The notes: generated by a model not told the origin, from the sequence alone. Positions 29,466 to 38,563 are shown, counted from the first letter of the stretch. The stretch is DNA of 64,000 bases from Candidatus Omnitrophota bacterium (GCA_040754255.1 JBFMDA010000001.1:2535-66534); one strand, 5' to 3'. Numbers and translations: made by a program.

Positions 29466-32204
29466 ATGGGTAACAAAAACGTATACTTCTTCGGCGGGGG
29501 AAAGGCTGACGGCAACGAAAGCATGAAAAATCTACTGGGAGGCAAAGGCGCAAACCTTGCCGAAATGGCAGGGCATAAAGATTTACGCCTTCCTGTCCCT
29601 CCCGGATTTACCATTACCACCGACGTGTGCACTTATTATTATAAAAACAGAAAAACATACCCAAAAACGCTTAAAACTGAAGTCGCAAAAGCCCTGGAAA
29701 AAGTAGAAACACTTATGGGGAAAAAATTCGGCGACCCGGATGACCCGCTTTTGGTTTCGGTGCGTTCGGGTGCGCGCAGGTCAATGCCCGGCATGATGGA
29801 AACGATATTAAACGTGGGCCTCACCGAGAAGACTATCCCCGGCCTTATCAAAAAAAGCGGCGGTAACAGCCGTTTCGTCTATGATGCGTACCGGCGCCTG
29901 ATTATGATGTATTCCGACGTGGTTATGGAAAAGGCTGCCGGAATCGAGCCCAAAGATGACCAGGGCATCCGTAAGCAGCTGGAAAAAATAATGCAACGCA
30001 TGAAGGAAGAAAAAGGCTGCAAAGCCGACACTGACCTGGCTGCGGATGACTTACAAAAGCTCTGCGCGCTGTTTAAAGAAAAAATCAAGCAGGCCCTGGG
30101 AAAAGAATTCCCGGATACCCCCGGCGAACAATTATGGGGAGGCATCGGCGCGGTATTCTCATCATGGAACGGTAAACGCGCAATAAGCTATCGCCGTATT
30201 GAAAATATTCCTGATGAGTGGGGCACTGCCGTCAATGTTCAGACGATGGTGTTCGGGAATATGGGCAATGACTCCGCAACCGGCGTTGCCTTTACCCGTA
30301 ACCCCGGCAACGGCGAAAATAAATTCTACGGCGAATACCTGGTGAACGCGCAAGGCGAAGACGTAGTTGCCGGCATCCGCACCCCTGCGCCGATTAACGA
30401 ATACTCAAAATCCGAGCACAACAAAGAACTGGTTACCCTGGAAAAATCAATGCCCTCAATCTATAAAGAGCTGTTTGATATCCAGAACCGGCTTGAAACC
30501 CACTACCACGACATGCAGGATATCGAATTCACCATAGAAAAAGGCAAGCTCTTTATGCTGCAGTGCCGCGTGGGCAAACGCAACGGCCCGGCTGCAGTGC
30601 GCATGGCCGTGGATATGATCAAGGAAAAACTCATCAATAAAGAATTAGCGGTAACCCGCGTAACACCCAGCCAGCTCGATGAATTGCTGCACCCCATTAT
30701 CAATCCGAAAATTGAGCTAACCTATAAGCCGCTGGTAAAAGGATTGCCTGCCGGCCCGGGCGGGGCAACAGGCCAGATCGTCTTTTATGCGAATGACGCC
30801 GTTGAGTGGAAAAAGCAGGGAAAGCAGGTAATACTTGTGCGCGAGGAAACAAACCCCGAAGACGTGGAAGGGATGCGCGCCGCTGAAGCAATCCTGACTG
30901 CGCGCGGCGGCATGACCTCTCACGCAGCGTTAGTCGCCCGCGGCTGGGGCAAGTGCTGTATAGTCGGTTGCAGCAGCCTTGAAGTCGAAGCAGAGCAAAA
31001 AAAATTACGCGCCGGCGATAAGGTCCTCAACGAAGGCGACTGGATTACCCTAAACGGCACCAAAGGCAATGTCTACGAAGGCAAGCTACCGATGATGGAT
31101 GCCGGGGAAGAAAACGAGCTTTTGACTGAATTCTTAAAGATGTGCGACTCCGTCAAGAAGCTTGGCGTGCGCACAAATGCCGACACTCCCGACGACGCCA
31201 AAAAGGCAAGGCAGTTCGGCGCAAAAGGGATCGGCCTGTTCAGGACAGAGCATATGTTCTACGGCAAAGGTTCCGATGAGCCGCTTTTCGTTTTACGTAA
31301 AATGATCATCTCTAATACGCTCAAGGAAAGGCAGGCTGCAATTAATGAACTCTATCCTTTTGTGAAGAAAGATATCAAAGGCACGCTTGAGGCAATGGAC
31401 GGATACCCGGTTGTCATCAGGCTCCTTGACCCGCCGCTGCATGAATTCGTCCCCCGCGAAAAGGCAAAGCTTGAGCAATTAGCAAAAGACCTGAATATCT
31501 CGATGGATGAGTTGTCCAAGCGCGCGGACAACCTGCATGAGTCAAACCCGATGATGGGGCACCGCGGCGTGCGCCTTGGCGTTACGTATCCGGAAGTGAG
31601 CGCTATGCAGATACGCGCAATTTTTGAATCTGCTGCCGAGCTTATTAAGGAAGGAAAAAAGCCGTATCCTGAAATAATGATCCCGGTGGTCTGCGACGTA
31701 AAAGAACTGCAGGATCAGCTGGTAATCGCAAAGCAGGCGTATGAAGAGGTGCTGAAAAAATTTAACCTTAAAAAAATCAGGCATATGTTCGGCACGATGA
31801 TCGAAATCCCGCGCGCAGCGCTGGTAGCCGATAAGATTGCCGCAGTAGCGCAATTCTTTTCTTTCGGGACCAACGACCTTACCCAGATGGGGTTCGGGTT
31901 CTCGCGCGACGACATCGGCTCATTTTTGCCCGAATACATCAAAAAAGGAATATTGCCCGAAGACCCGTTCCAGTCAATCGACCAGGAGGGGATCGGCCAG
32001 CTTATCGAAATCGCAATCCAGCGCGGAAGAAAGGCCCAAAAGGGGCTTGAAATCGGCATCTGCGGCGAGCATGGCGGAGAGCCTCGCTCTGTAGAATTCT
32101 GCCATCGCGTCGGCATGGACTATGTCAGCTGTTCGCCGTTCCGCGTGCCCATTGCAATCCTGGCAGCAGCCCAGGCAGCGCTTAGAGAGAAGAAGAAAAA
32201 ATAA
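29466..32204 (+). CDS. ppdK: Pyruvate, phosphate dikinase
   Basis: LGGKGANLAEM, SVRSGA, GGMTSHAA, GIGLFRTEHM, SFGTNDLTQ, GICGEHGG. Confidence 0.98.
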   Translation: MGNKNVYFFGGGKADGNESMKNLLGGKGANLAEMAGHKDLRLPVPPGFTITTDVCTYYYKNRKTYPKTLKTEVAKALEKVETLMGKKFGDPDDPLLVSVRSGARRSMPGMMETILNVGLTEKTIPGLIKKSGGNSRFVYDAYRRLIMMYSDVVMEKAAGIEPKDDQGIRKQLEKIMQRMKEEKGCKADTDLAADDLQKLCALFKEKIKQALGKEFPDTPGEQLWGGIGAVFSSWNGKRAISYRRIENIPDEWGTAVNVQTMVFGNMGNDSATGVAFTRNPGNGENKFYGEYLVNAQGEDVVAGIRTPAPINEYSKSEHNKELVTLEKSMPSIYKELFDIQNRLETHYHDMQDIEFTIEKGKLFMLQCRVGKRNGPAAVRMAVDMIKEKLINKELAVTRVTPSQLDELLHPIINPKIELTYKPLVKGLPAGPGGATGQIVFYANDAVEWKKQGKQVILVREETNPEDVEGMRAAEAILTARGGMTSHAALVARGWGKCCIVGCSSLEVEAEQKKLRAGDKVLNEGDWITLNGTKGNVYEGKLPMMDAGEENELLTEFLKMCDSVKKLGVRTNADTPDDAKKARQFGAKGIGLFRTEHMFYGKGSDEPLFVLRKMIISNTLKERQAAINELYPFVKKDIKGTLEAMDGYPVVIRLLDPPLHEFVPREKAKLEQLAKDLNISMDELSKRADNLHESNPMMGHRGVRLGVTYPEVSAMQIRAIFESAAELIKEGKKPYPEIMIPVVCDVKELQDQLVIAKQAYEEVLKKFNLKKIRHMFGTMIEIPRAALVADKIAAVAQFFSFGTNDLTQMGFGFSRDDIGSFLPEYIKKGILPEDPFQSIDQEGIGQLIEIAIQRGRKAQKGLEIGICGEHGGEPRSVEFCHRVGMDYVSCSPFRVPIAILAAAQAALREKKKK

Positions 32205-32207
32205 CAA

Positions 32208-32297
32208 TTCCGTTTTGCGTATTGCGTATAGCGTATTGCATTAACTGTTTTCGCAATAAGGCCTACGCGATACGCACTACGCTATACACACAACGAA
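32208..32297. repeat. Inverted family A heptamer arrays, ends AACGAA before the sigma-factor ATG
   Basis: ttgcgta ttgcgta tagcgta ... tacgcga tacgcac tacgcta. Confidence 0.85.
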
Positions 32298-32298
32298 T

Positions 32299-33105
32299 AT
32301 GGAAGCCCTAAAAACATATCTCAAGGAAATCCGGGAAATACCGCTGCTTACCGCAGCACAGGAAATCGATTTGAGCAAAAAGATCCAACGCGGCGACGAG
32401 AAAGCCCGCAAGGATATGATCCGCGCGAATTTAAGGCTCGTGATCAATATTGCCAAGCGTTACGTATATTTCGGCACCCCATTGCTTGACCTGATCGAAG
32501 AAGGCAACCTCGGCCTGATGAAAGCCGTCGATAAATTCAACCCCAAAAAAGGTTTTCGCTTCTCAACCTATGCGGCGTGGTGGATACGGCAGTCGATCAT
32601 GCGCTCGATCGGCCAGCAGGACAAGATGGTGCGCCTGCCTGTCTATATGAATGAGCTCATCACTAAATGGAAGAAGGCAAGGGAACAACTGACCCAGAAG
32701 TTAAAACGCAACCCTATGGATGATGAAATCGCCAAGAAAATAAAGCTGCCGAAGGGCAAGGTCGATGACGTCAATTTCTGGCTGACTACGCGGACCTCAT
32801 CTCTGGATGAGCCTATCGGCGACGAAGGAGAAAGCCAGGTAATGGATTTGATCCAGGACGAAAACGCAGCCACCCCCAGCGACGAAGTCGACGCGTTTCT
32901 CAACAAACAGCGCGTCAATAACCTCCTTGAGAAAATGTCGGCAAGGGAGCGTAAAGTGCTCGATATGCGTTTCGGGCTGGTTGACGGAAAAACACATACC
33001 CTTGCCGAGGTAGCCAACAAGCTGAAAGTTTCAAGAGAAAGGGTGCGCCAAATCGAAGAAAAGGCGCTTAAAAAACTAAGAAAGTTCGTGGAGGAGCAGG
33101 GATGA
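32299..33105 (+). CDS. RpoD/RpoS-like sigma-70 factor lacking region 1.1
   Basis: YLKEI..IPLL, ANLRLVINIAK, DLIEEGNLGL, FSTYAAWWIRQ, SRERVRQIE. Confidence 0.93.
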   Translation: MEALKTYLKEIREIPLLTAAQEIDLSKKIQRGDEKARKDMIRANLRLVINIAKRYVYFGTPLLDLIEEGNLGLMKAVDKFNPKKGFRFSTYAAWWIRQSIMRSIGQQDKMVRLPVYMNELITKWKKAREQLTQKLKRNPMDDEIAKKIKLPKGKVDDVNFWLTTRTSSLDEPIGDEGESQVMDLIQDENAATPSDEVDAFLNKQRVNNLLEKMSARERKVLDMRFGLVDGKTHTLAEVANKLKVSRERVRQIEEKALKKLRKFVEEQG

Positions 33106-33632
33106 AAAAAATAAATTTAGAGGAGCATATCAGGAGTATTCCTGATTTTCCCAAAAAGGGCATACTCTTCAGGGATATCACTACACTGATTAAAGACAAG
33201 GATGCATTTGCCTGCGCAATAGAGATGCTCACGGAAAAATACAAATCGGAAAAAATCGATAAGATAATTGCGGTTGAGTCCCGCGGCTTTATCCTCGGCG
33301 CAGCGCTGGCGTATACGCTCCATGCCGGGTTTGTGCCTGTGCGTAAAAAGGGAAAGCTTCCGGCAGCAACCATATCGGTGAGTTATTCCCTCGAATACGG
33401 AATAGACCACCTTGAGATCCATAAAGATGCGCTTTCAAAAGGCGAAAAGGTCTTGATTGTCGATGACCTTCTGGCAACCGGCGGCACTGTCGCGGCAACA
33501 ATAGACCTTGTCGAGCAATTCGGCGCAAAGATTATCGGCATCGCATTTTTAATCGAACTCGTTGACCTCCACGGCCGCGATAAACTTAAAAATTATCCCA
33601 TCTGCTCTTTGATACAGTTCCATGGAGAGTAA
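33102..33632 (+). CDS. apt: Adenine phosphoribosyltransferase
   Basis: PDFPKKGILFRDIT, ESRGF, RKKGKLP, VDDLLATGGT. Confidence 0.97.
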   Translation: MKKINLEEHIRSIPDFPKKGILFRDITTLIKDKDAFACAIEMLTEKYKSEKIDKIIAVESRGFILGAALAYTLHAGFVPVRKKGKLPAATISVSYSLEYGIDHLEIHKDALSKGEKVLIVDDLLATGGTVAATIDLVEQFGAKIIGIAFLIELVDLHGRDKLKNYPICSLIQFHGE

Positions 33633-33634
33633 CA

Positions 33635-33775
33635 GTCTAAACTCTAAACACGAAATCCTAAATTCTAAACAAATCATAAATCACAAATCCCAATGAATTA
33701 AACGAATTCGTTTGAGATTTAAGAAGTTGGAAATTGGAATTTGTTTAGAATTTAGAGTTTCGGATTTAGAATTTG
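33635..33775. repeat. Family E heptamer inverted repeat (TCTAAAY type) with central AACGAA|TTCGTT
   Basis: Left tctaaac tctaaac acgaaat cctaaat tctaaac aaat; right atttgtttagaatttagagtttcggatttagaattt. Confidence 0.85.
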
Positions 33776-33808
33776 CCGGATAGCTCGTTTTTATTCAATG
33801 CAAAAACC

Positions 33809-33882
33809 GCCCCTGTAGCTCATAAGGATAGAGCAGCAGTTTCCTAAACTGCGTGCGGCAGGTTCGATTCCTGCCAGGGGCA
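33809..33882 (+). tRNA. tRNA-Arg (anticodon CCT)
   Basis: Acceptor GCCCCTG/CAGGGGC, D arm GCTC/GAGC, anticodon arm GCAGT-TTCCTAA-ACTGC, T loop TTCGATT; CCA not encoded. Confidence 0.95.
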
Positions 33883-34065
33883 AGTATTTATTAGTCGTAA
33901 AAACGGTGACTTGATAGAAAATGGCAGGGCAAGGTTCTCCCCCTACGCCCATAAAATAAAAAAAATTGGGCTTCGGGGGATTAATTCGCAGGCGCCCTTC
34001 GGGCTACGCTTTACGCCGTTTACTCGCCGTAAAGCGTCTGCTCATTAAGATTCCTGCCAGGGGCA
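33866..34065 (+). repeat. 17-bp duplication of the tRNA 3' end flanking a 166-bp structured insert
   Basis: GATTCCTGCCAGGGGCA at 33866-33882 and 34049-34065. Confidence 0.88.
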
Positions 34066-34089
34066 TTTTTTCGAATAAAATATTTCGAA

Positions 34090-34217
34090 TTCGTTATGCG
34101 TATTGCGTAGTGCGTATCGCGGAAAACCAAAGCTAGCGCATAACGCTGAACGCTCAACGCATAACGCCGTACGCTATGCGCTATACGCTATACGCAATAC
34201 GGAATACGCACTACGAA
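34090..34217. repeat. Inverted family A heptamer element TTCGTT...CTACGAA
   Basis: GT-rich arm then about 11 AC-rich heptamers, followed directly by the AAGGAGG RBS. Confidence 0.88.
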
Positions 34218-34229
34218 AAGGAGGGCAAC

Positions 34230-34679
34230 ATGAAGCACGTTTTCATTATAGCACTAAGCATTCTGCTATTATCAACCACCGGCTGCGCGAATTTATCCAG
34301 AAAAGACGTAGGCACCCAAAGTAATCTGCTTGAGCCTTCAATGTCTGCGCGGTTCACGGACATCCCTGTTCCTGTGAGGTTCAAATTTATCCCCAAGGAA
34401 TCCTATGCCTTCGAATCCTCCGGCGTAAGAGTAGGCGTGCTTAAATACAGGGGAAAGGCAACTGCTGATCAGGTGCTCAATTTCTATAAAGAACAGATGC
34501 CGATGAACAGCTGGATGTTGCTAAATATTATTGAATATAATCAAAGGATAATGAATTTCGAAAAAAACAACGAGAGCTGTATTGTAACCCTTTTGCCATC
34601 AGGTAGTTCTGTTGCGGTAACCGTATATATCGGCCCGATTTCGCAATATCCGAAGAAGGCCAGCAGGCCTCTAAAATAG
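34230..34679 (+). CDS. Lipoprotein of unknown function
   Basis: AAGGAGG RBS, signal MKHVFIIALSILLLSTTGC, FTDIPVP motif. Confidence 0.8.
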   Translation: MKHVFIIALSILLLSTTGCANLSRKDVGTQSNLLEPSMSARFTDIPVPVRFKFIPKESYAFESSGVRVGVLKYRGKATADQVLNFYKEQMPMNSWMLLNIIEYNQRIMNFEKNNESCIVTLLPSGSSVAVTVYIGPISQYPKKASRPLK

Positions 34680-34700
34680 TAAAATTTTATCAAAAAATGC

Positions 34701-34729
34701 TTGACAAGCATAGGGTTATGTGATAAAAA
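34701..34729 (+). promoter_or_regulatory. Sigma-70 promoter for the outer-membrane protein gene
   Basis: TTGACA 34701-34706, 17 nt, TAAAAA with extended -10 TG. Confidence 0.55.
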
Positions 34730-34912
34730 AGGGTAAATTAGCTTATACCACTGGGGTTGGTTTAAATAGAAGGCGAGAAGGAGGTGGAGAGAAAACAAGC
34801 CTTAAATCAACAAAAATCCAGTGATATAACATAGATAGAAATTCTCTAGGAACAGCTTTAGACCCTAGTTGAAAAAATAGAAAGTTTTAGTCTTATAAAG
34901 GAGGATACATAA

Positions 34913-36217
34913 ATGAGTAAACGCTTAATCGCAATTTTGACTTTTGTGCTCGCAGTCGGCCTTACCGCTGCTGCCTACGCAGAAGTGCAAAATGTAAAAG
35001 TAAGCGGAGATTTGCTCATTAGCGGAGTCTCAAGACAGCAGTTTGATTTAAACAAAGGCGTCAAGGGCGATACCGTTAATGACAGCGAAGATATGTTCCT
35101 TTCGCAGACCCGCTTAAAAGTTGATGCCGACCTGACCGACAACGTTATGACCACCATCAGGCTCATCAACGAAAGAAACTGGGACGAAGAGAGCACCACC
35201 AATACCGACATCGACCTTGATCTGGCATTCGTTACCTTGAAAGAATTCCTTTTCTCACCCCTGTCTGTCACCGTTGGCCGCCAGGAATTAAGGTATGGTA
35301 ATGCATTGGTCATCGGTGCCGCAAATACCTACGCGGTTGCCACATTAAACGGCGTTCCTTCAGATCTTACTTTAAGGAAGGCGTTTGATGGTATCAAGGC
35401 AGTGTTGAATTACGACCCGTTAGTGGTTGATTTGGTGTATGCAAAAATCAACGAAAGCAACAACAAGCGTAACGAAGACACCAACCTCTACGGCGTAAAC
35501 GCAGCATATGCATTCAACAACAAACTCAAAGCAGAAGCATACTTATGGAACAAGAACAACAGCTCTACCGATGACAGCCAGAACATCAAGACCGTTGGCG
35601 CATTGGTAAGCGCAATGCCCGCAGAAGACCTGGTTGCTACCTTGGAATATGCGTATCAATTCGGTCAGTCAGCTACAGCTGGCGCGGACAGGCAGAGAGC
35701 ATTTGCCCTCCAGGCGTATATCAACTACGTATTCTCAAAAGTAAAATATACTCCTATGGTCAGTGCCAAATACACGTATTTAAGCGGTGACAAGGATGCC
35801 AATGATACAAAAGATAATGCATGGGATGCTATGTATTATGATCAATTTAGCTCGCCTATCGCATTCGCAATACTTCCTTTCACCGATGTGCAGGCAATCG
35901 CATTGAACGCAGGCTTAAAGCCCACAGAAGATACCGCAATTTCTGCGACATGGGCAAATTACAGGCTTGCCGAGTCATTACCAGGCGCTGCATTACAGAG
36001 CAACAAAAGAGACGGCGCAGGCAGCTTGTATACCTACACAATGCAGACCAACAAGAAAGACCTCGGTAATGAATTCGATCTTATGGGAACCTACGACTAC
36101 ACCGAAGATGTGCAGCTTGGTTTAATGTTTGGTTATTACAAACCCGGCAAGGCATTTGCCGCAAATAACCGTCGTCAGGCAACCGAGTTGATCGGTTCGA
36201 TGAAGGTCAGCTTCTAG
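34913..36217 (+). CDS. Outer-membrane beta-barrel protein (alginate-export-like porin)
   Basis: Signal peptide, amphipathic strands, VGRQELRYG, FDG, SGD, C-terminal Phe. Confidence 0.8.
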   Translation: MSKRLIAILTFVLAVGLTAAAYAEVQNVKVSGDLLISGVSRQQFDLNKGVKGDTVNDSEDMFLSQTRLKVDADLTDNVMTTIRLINERNWDEESTTNTDIDLDLAFVTLKEFLFSPLSVTVGRQELRYGNALVIGAANTYAVATLNGVPSDLTLRKAFDGIKAVLNYDPLVVDLVYAKINESNNKRNEDTNLYGVNAAYAFNNKLKAEAYLWNKNNSSTDDSQNIKTVGALVSAMPAEDLVATLEYAYQFGQSATAGADRQRAFALQAYINYVFSKVKYTPMVSAKYTYLSGDKDANDTKDNAWDAMYYDQFSSPIAFAILPFTDVQAIALNAGLKPTEDTAISATWANYRLAESLPGAALQSNKRDGAGSLYTYTMQTNKKDLGNEFDLMGTYDYTEDVQLGLMFGYYKPGKAFAANNRRQATELIGSMKVSF

Positions 36218-36239
36218 TAGCACGGATGTTGGATACCAC

Positions 36240-36273
36240 ACCCCTCGGGGGAGCAATCCCCCGGGGGTTTTTT
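36240..36273 (+). terminator. Intrinsic terminator
   Basis: ACCCCTCGGGGGA-GCAA-TCCCCCGGGGGT followed by a T run. Confidence 0.9.
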
Positions 36274-36274
36274 A

Positions 36275-36447
36275 TTCGTAAGAAAAACGATAATGTGAAA
36301 GGTTAAAGGTCCAAAGGGTAAGGTTATGGGTCTGGTTATTGGGTAAAGTAGGTAGTGTAAAAACGCACCAACAACCTCACCCCAACAACTAAACCATCAA
36401 CCTTACCTTAACCCAAGCAATACGCGATACGCAATACGCACTACGAA
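36275..36447. repeat. Composite element TTCGTA...CTACGAA upstream of GH57
   Basis: GT-rich/AC-rich palindromic core related to 12927 and 26293; family A heptamers; ends 3 nt before ATG. Confidence 0.85.
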
Positions 36448-36450
36448 CCT

Positions 36451-38007
36451 ATGATTTATCTCGCACTGATCTTCCACATGCACCAGCCCTACTACAAAAA
36501 CCTCCTGACCCAGGAGACGCCGGTGCCATGGGTGCGGCTGCACGGTACCAAGGACTACCTGGATATGGTCAGGATCCTTGATAACTACCCCGGCATCCGG
36601 CAGACCTTTAACCTGGTACCGTCGCTCCTTGAGCAGCTGGAAGATTATGTGGCCGGCACCATCAAAGACAAATTTTTAGAGCTTTCCTATAAGCCTGCCA
36701 AAGATCTGACTACAGAAGACAAATCCTTCATCCTTGAGCGCTTTTTTAGTATCCATAAAGAAACAGTCATCGCCTTTCATCCCCGTTATTATGAATTGTT
36801 TTTTAAGAAACAGAATAAAAAGGAGTTCAGTACACAGGATTACCTTGACCTGCAGGTATGGTTTAACCTTTCCTGGATAGACCCTTCCTTTCGAGACGAG
36901 CGGCCACAGTTAAAGCGCCTGGTGGACAAGGCGCGGTTCTTTACCGAAGAGGAAAAACTCTCCTGCCTTGAAGCGCAAAAAGAGATACTCGGGCAAATCA
37001 TCCCCGCATACAAACAAGCAAAAGAACGCGGCCAGATTGAGATTACCGTAAACCCCTATTACCATCCCATTTTGCCGCTTCTCTACAGCACTAATACCGC
37101 CAGGGAGGCTAACCCAAAAAGTGTGCTGCCTAAAACCGCGTTCTCGTATCCTGAAGACGCACAGTCACAGATTGATTCGGCAGTAGAGTTTTACAAAGAG
37201 CGCTTCGGCACGCTACCCGAAGGGATGTGGCCTTCTGAAGAAGCGGTCTCTGAACACATATTGCCCTTTATCATTAATGCCGGGATACAGTGGATCGTAA
37301 CAGACGAAGGCGTGCTTTTTAAATCGCTTAAGAAAAAGAAGCGCGATACCAAACTGTTATACCAGCCGCACCTGTTAAGAAGAGAAGGGGGCAACCTGCA
37401 CGTTGTGTTCCGCGACCGCAACCTTTCTGATCTCATCGGCTTTGTCTATTACAACCTGAAGGCAGAAGACGCGGTGAGTAATTTCATCGGGCACTTTGAA
37501 AATATCAATAAGGCGTTCAAGGGGCAGGATGTCCTTGTCACCCTTGCCATGGACGGAGAAAATGCCTGGGAATATTATTATAACGACGGCCATAACTTCC
37601 TTGAGCTTCTCTATAAGCGGCTTTGTGAATCAGAGATCATCAAAACAGTAACAGTCAGTGACTACATTAAACGCAAACCTGCCACACGCGCCCTCAAACA
37701 CCTTGCTGCCGGCTCCTGGATATATTCGGAATTCTCAAAATGGATTAATAACACCTATAAGAATAAGGCCTGGGAATACCTTTCAAAGGCACGTCTGGAA
37801 TTGAAACTTAACGCGGATAAGCTTGACGAGCGCGCAAAGCAGCTGGCATACAAGCAGATATACATCTGCGAAGGCTCTGACTGGTTCTGGTGGTATGGCG
37901 ACCGCGAAAAGGACTTCGATTACCTCTTCCGCATGCATTTATCTAACTTCTATACCATTATCGGTAAGCCAACCCCGGAGTATCTCAAGACCCCCCTTGA
38001 ACCGTAA
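36451..38007 (+). CDS. Glycoside hydrolase family 57 (amylopullulanase/alpha-amylase-like)
   Basis: HMHQP, YYHPILPL, GMWPSE, MDGENAWE, EGSDWFWW conserved GH57 regions. Confidence 0.92.
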   Translation: MIYLALIFHMHQPYYKNLLTQETPVPWVRLHGTKDYLDMVRILDNYPGIRQTFNLVPSLLEQLEDYVAGTIKDKFLELSYKPAKDLTTEDKSFILERFFSIHKETVIAFHPRYYELFFKKQNKKEFSTQDYLDLQVWFNLSWIDPSFRDERPQLKRLVDKARFFTEEEKLSCLEAQKEILGQIIPAYKQAKERGQIEITVNPYYHPILPLLYSTNTAREANPKSVLPKTAFSYPEDAQSQIDSAVEFYKERFGTLPEGMWPSEEAVSEHILPFIINAGIQWIVTDEGVLFKSLKKKKRDTKLLYQPHLLRREGGNLHVVFRDRNLSDLIGFVYYNLKAEDAVSNFIGHFENINKAFKGQDVLVTLAMDGENAWEYYYNDGHNFLELLYKRLCESEIIKTVTVSDYIKRKPATRALKHLAAGSWIYSEFSKWINNTYKNKAWEYLSKARLELKLNADKLDERAKQLAYKQIYICEGSDWFWWYGDREKDFDYLFRMHLSNFYTIIGKPTPEYLKTPLEP

Positions 38008-38008
38008 T

Positions 38009-38505
38009 TTCGTATCGCGTATAGCGTAGTGCGTATAGCGTATAGCGCGTTAATGCGCTATTGGATTTTTTTACTCATATTGACTATCATAGCACAGATA
38101 TGGTCTACTAAGTCAGCTATGGGCAATAATGTTTCTTTGTCGAGATAACCAAGTTCTTTAGATATCTCAAGTTGCGTTTCAAGTTCTGCGCAAGAACCAA
38201 GCGCAAGAATAAGGAATTGTTTATGTTCTTTCGCATATCTTCTCCTGAAGCCTTCAGCAATGTTTGAAGGAATAGAGACGGCTGCACGGCGCATTTGGCT
38301 TGATAATCCATAGCGTTCATCCAGAGGAAACAGCTTTGTTGTTTTGTATATTTCTTTTGTCAATGCCATTCCCTTTTGCCAAACCTTTAAGTCTTTGAAT
38401 GTCCTGATTTTCTCTTCCATGAATACGCTTCTTTCTGTCTCATATAATAGACGTATAATATCTGATTTTCTCACGCAATACGCGATACGCAATACGCGAT
38501 ACGAC
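38009..38505. mobile_element. Candidate cassette: four-helix-bundle gene flanked by inverted heptamer arrays
   Basis: Left array 38009-38057 and right array 38472-38505 match at 28 of 32 nt as inverted repeats; enclosed gene is antisense to both neighbours. Confidence 0.6.
38058..38420 (-). CDS. Four helix bundle protein (TIGR02436 / 23S-rRNA-IVP / Avd-like fold)
   Basis: FKDLKVWQKG, FPLDERYGLSSQMRRAAVSIPSNIAEG, FLILALGSCAELETQL; start MEEKIRT at 38420. Confidence 0.93.
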   Translation of the reverse strand: MEEKIRTFKDLKVWQKGMALTKEIYKTTKLFPLDERYGLSSQMRRAAVSIPSNIAEGFRRRYAKEHKQFLILALGSCAELETQLEISKELGYLDKETLLPIADLVDHICAMIVNMSKKIQ

Positions 38506-38514
38506 AATAACCTA

Positions 38515-38543
38515 TTGACAATAGGGCACTTTTGTGTTATAAA
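38515..38543 (+). promoter_or_regulatory. Sigma-70 promoter for the CBM-ParA genes
   Basis: TTGACA 38515-38520, 17 nt, TG-N-TATAAA 38535-38543. Confidence 0.7.
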
Positions 38544-38563
38544 TTCTTTTTAATATAGAGAGT

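Noticed and set aside
33883-34048. Prophage or integrative island at tRNA-Arg
   Set aside because: Only 166 bp between the repeats and no integrase nearby; kept only as a mini-insert.
34103-34324. 73-aa ORF and the 18-aa extension of the lipoprotein
   Set aside because: Read-through of heptamer repeats; the RBS supports ATG 34230.
38058-38420. Diversity-generating retroelement or 23S rRNA intervening sequence
   Set aside because: No reverse transcriptase, no TR/VR pair and no rRNA sequence seen in the window; only the fold family is shared.
38404-38472. 11-bp direct repeat CTGATTTTCTC and two TATAAT boxes upstream of the four-helix gene
   Set aside because: Short and AT-rich; cannot be separated from chance and has no clear -35 partner.
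38421-38507. 29-aa N-terminal extension of the four-helix ORF (MSYRVLRIAY...)
   Set aside because: Partly a translation of the heptamer array; family similarity starts at MEEKIRTFKDL.
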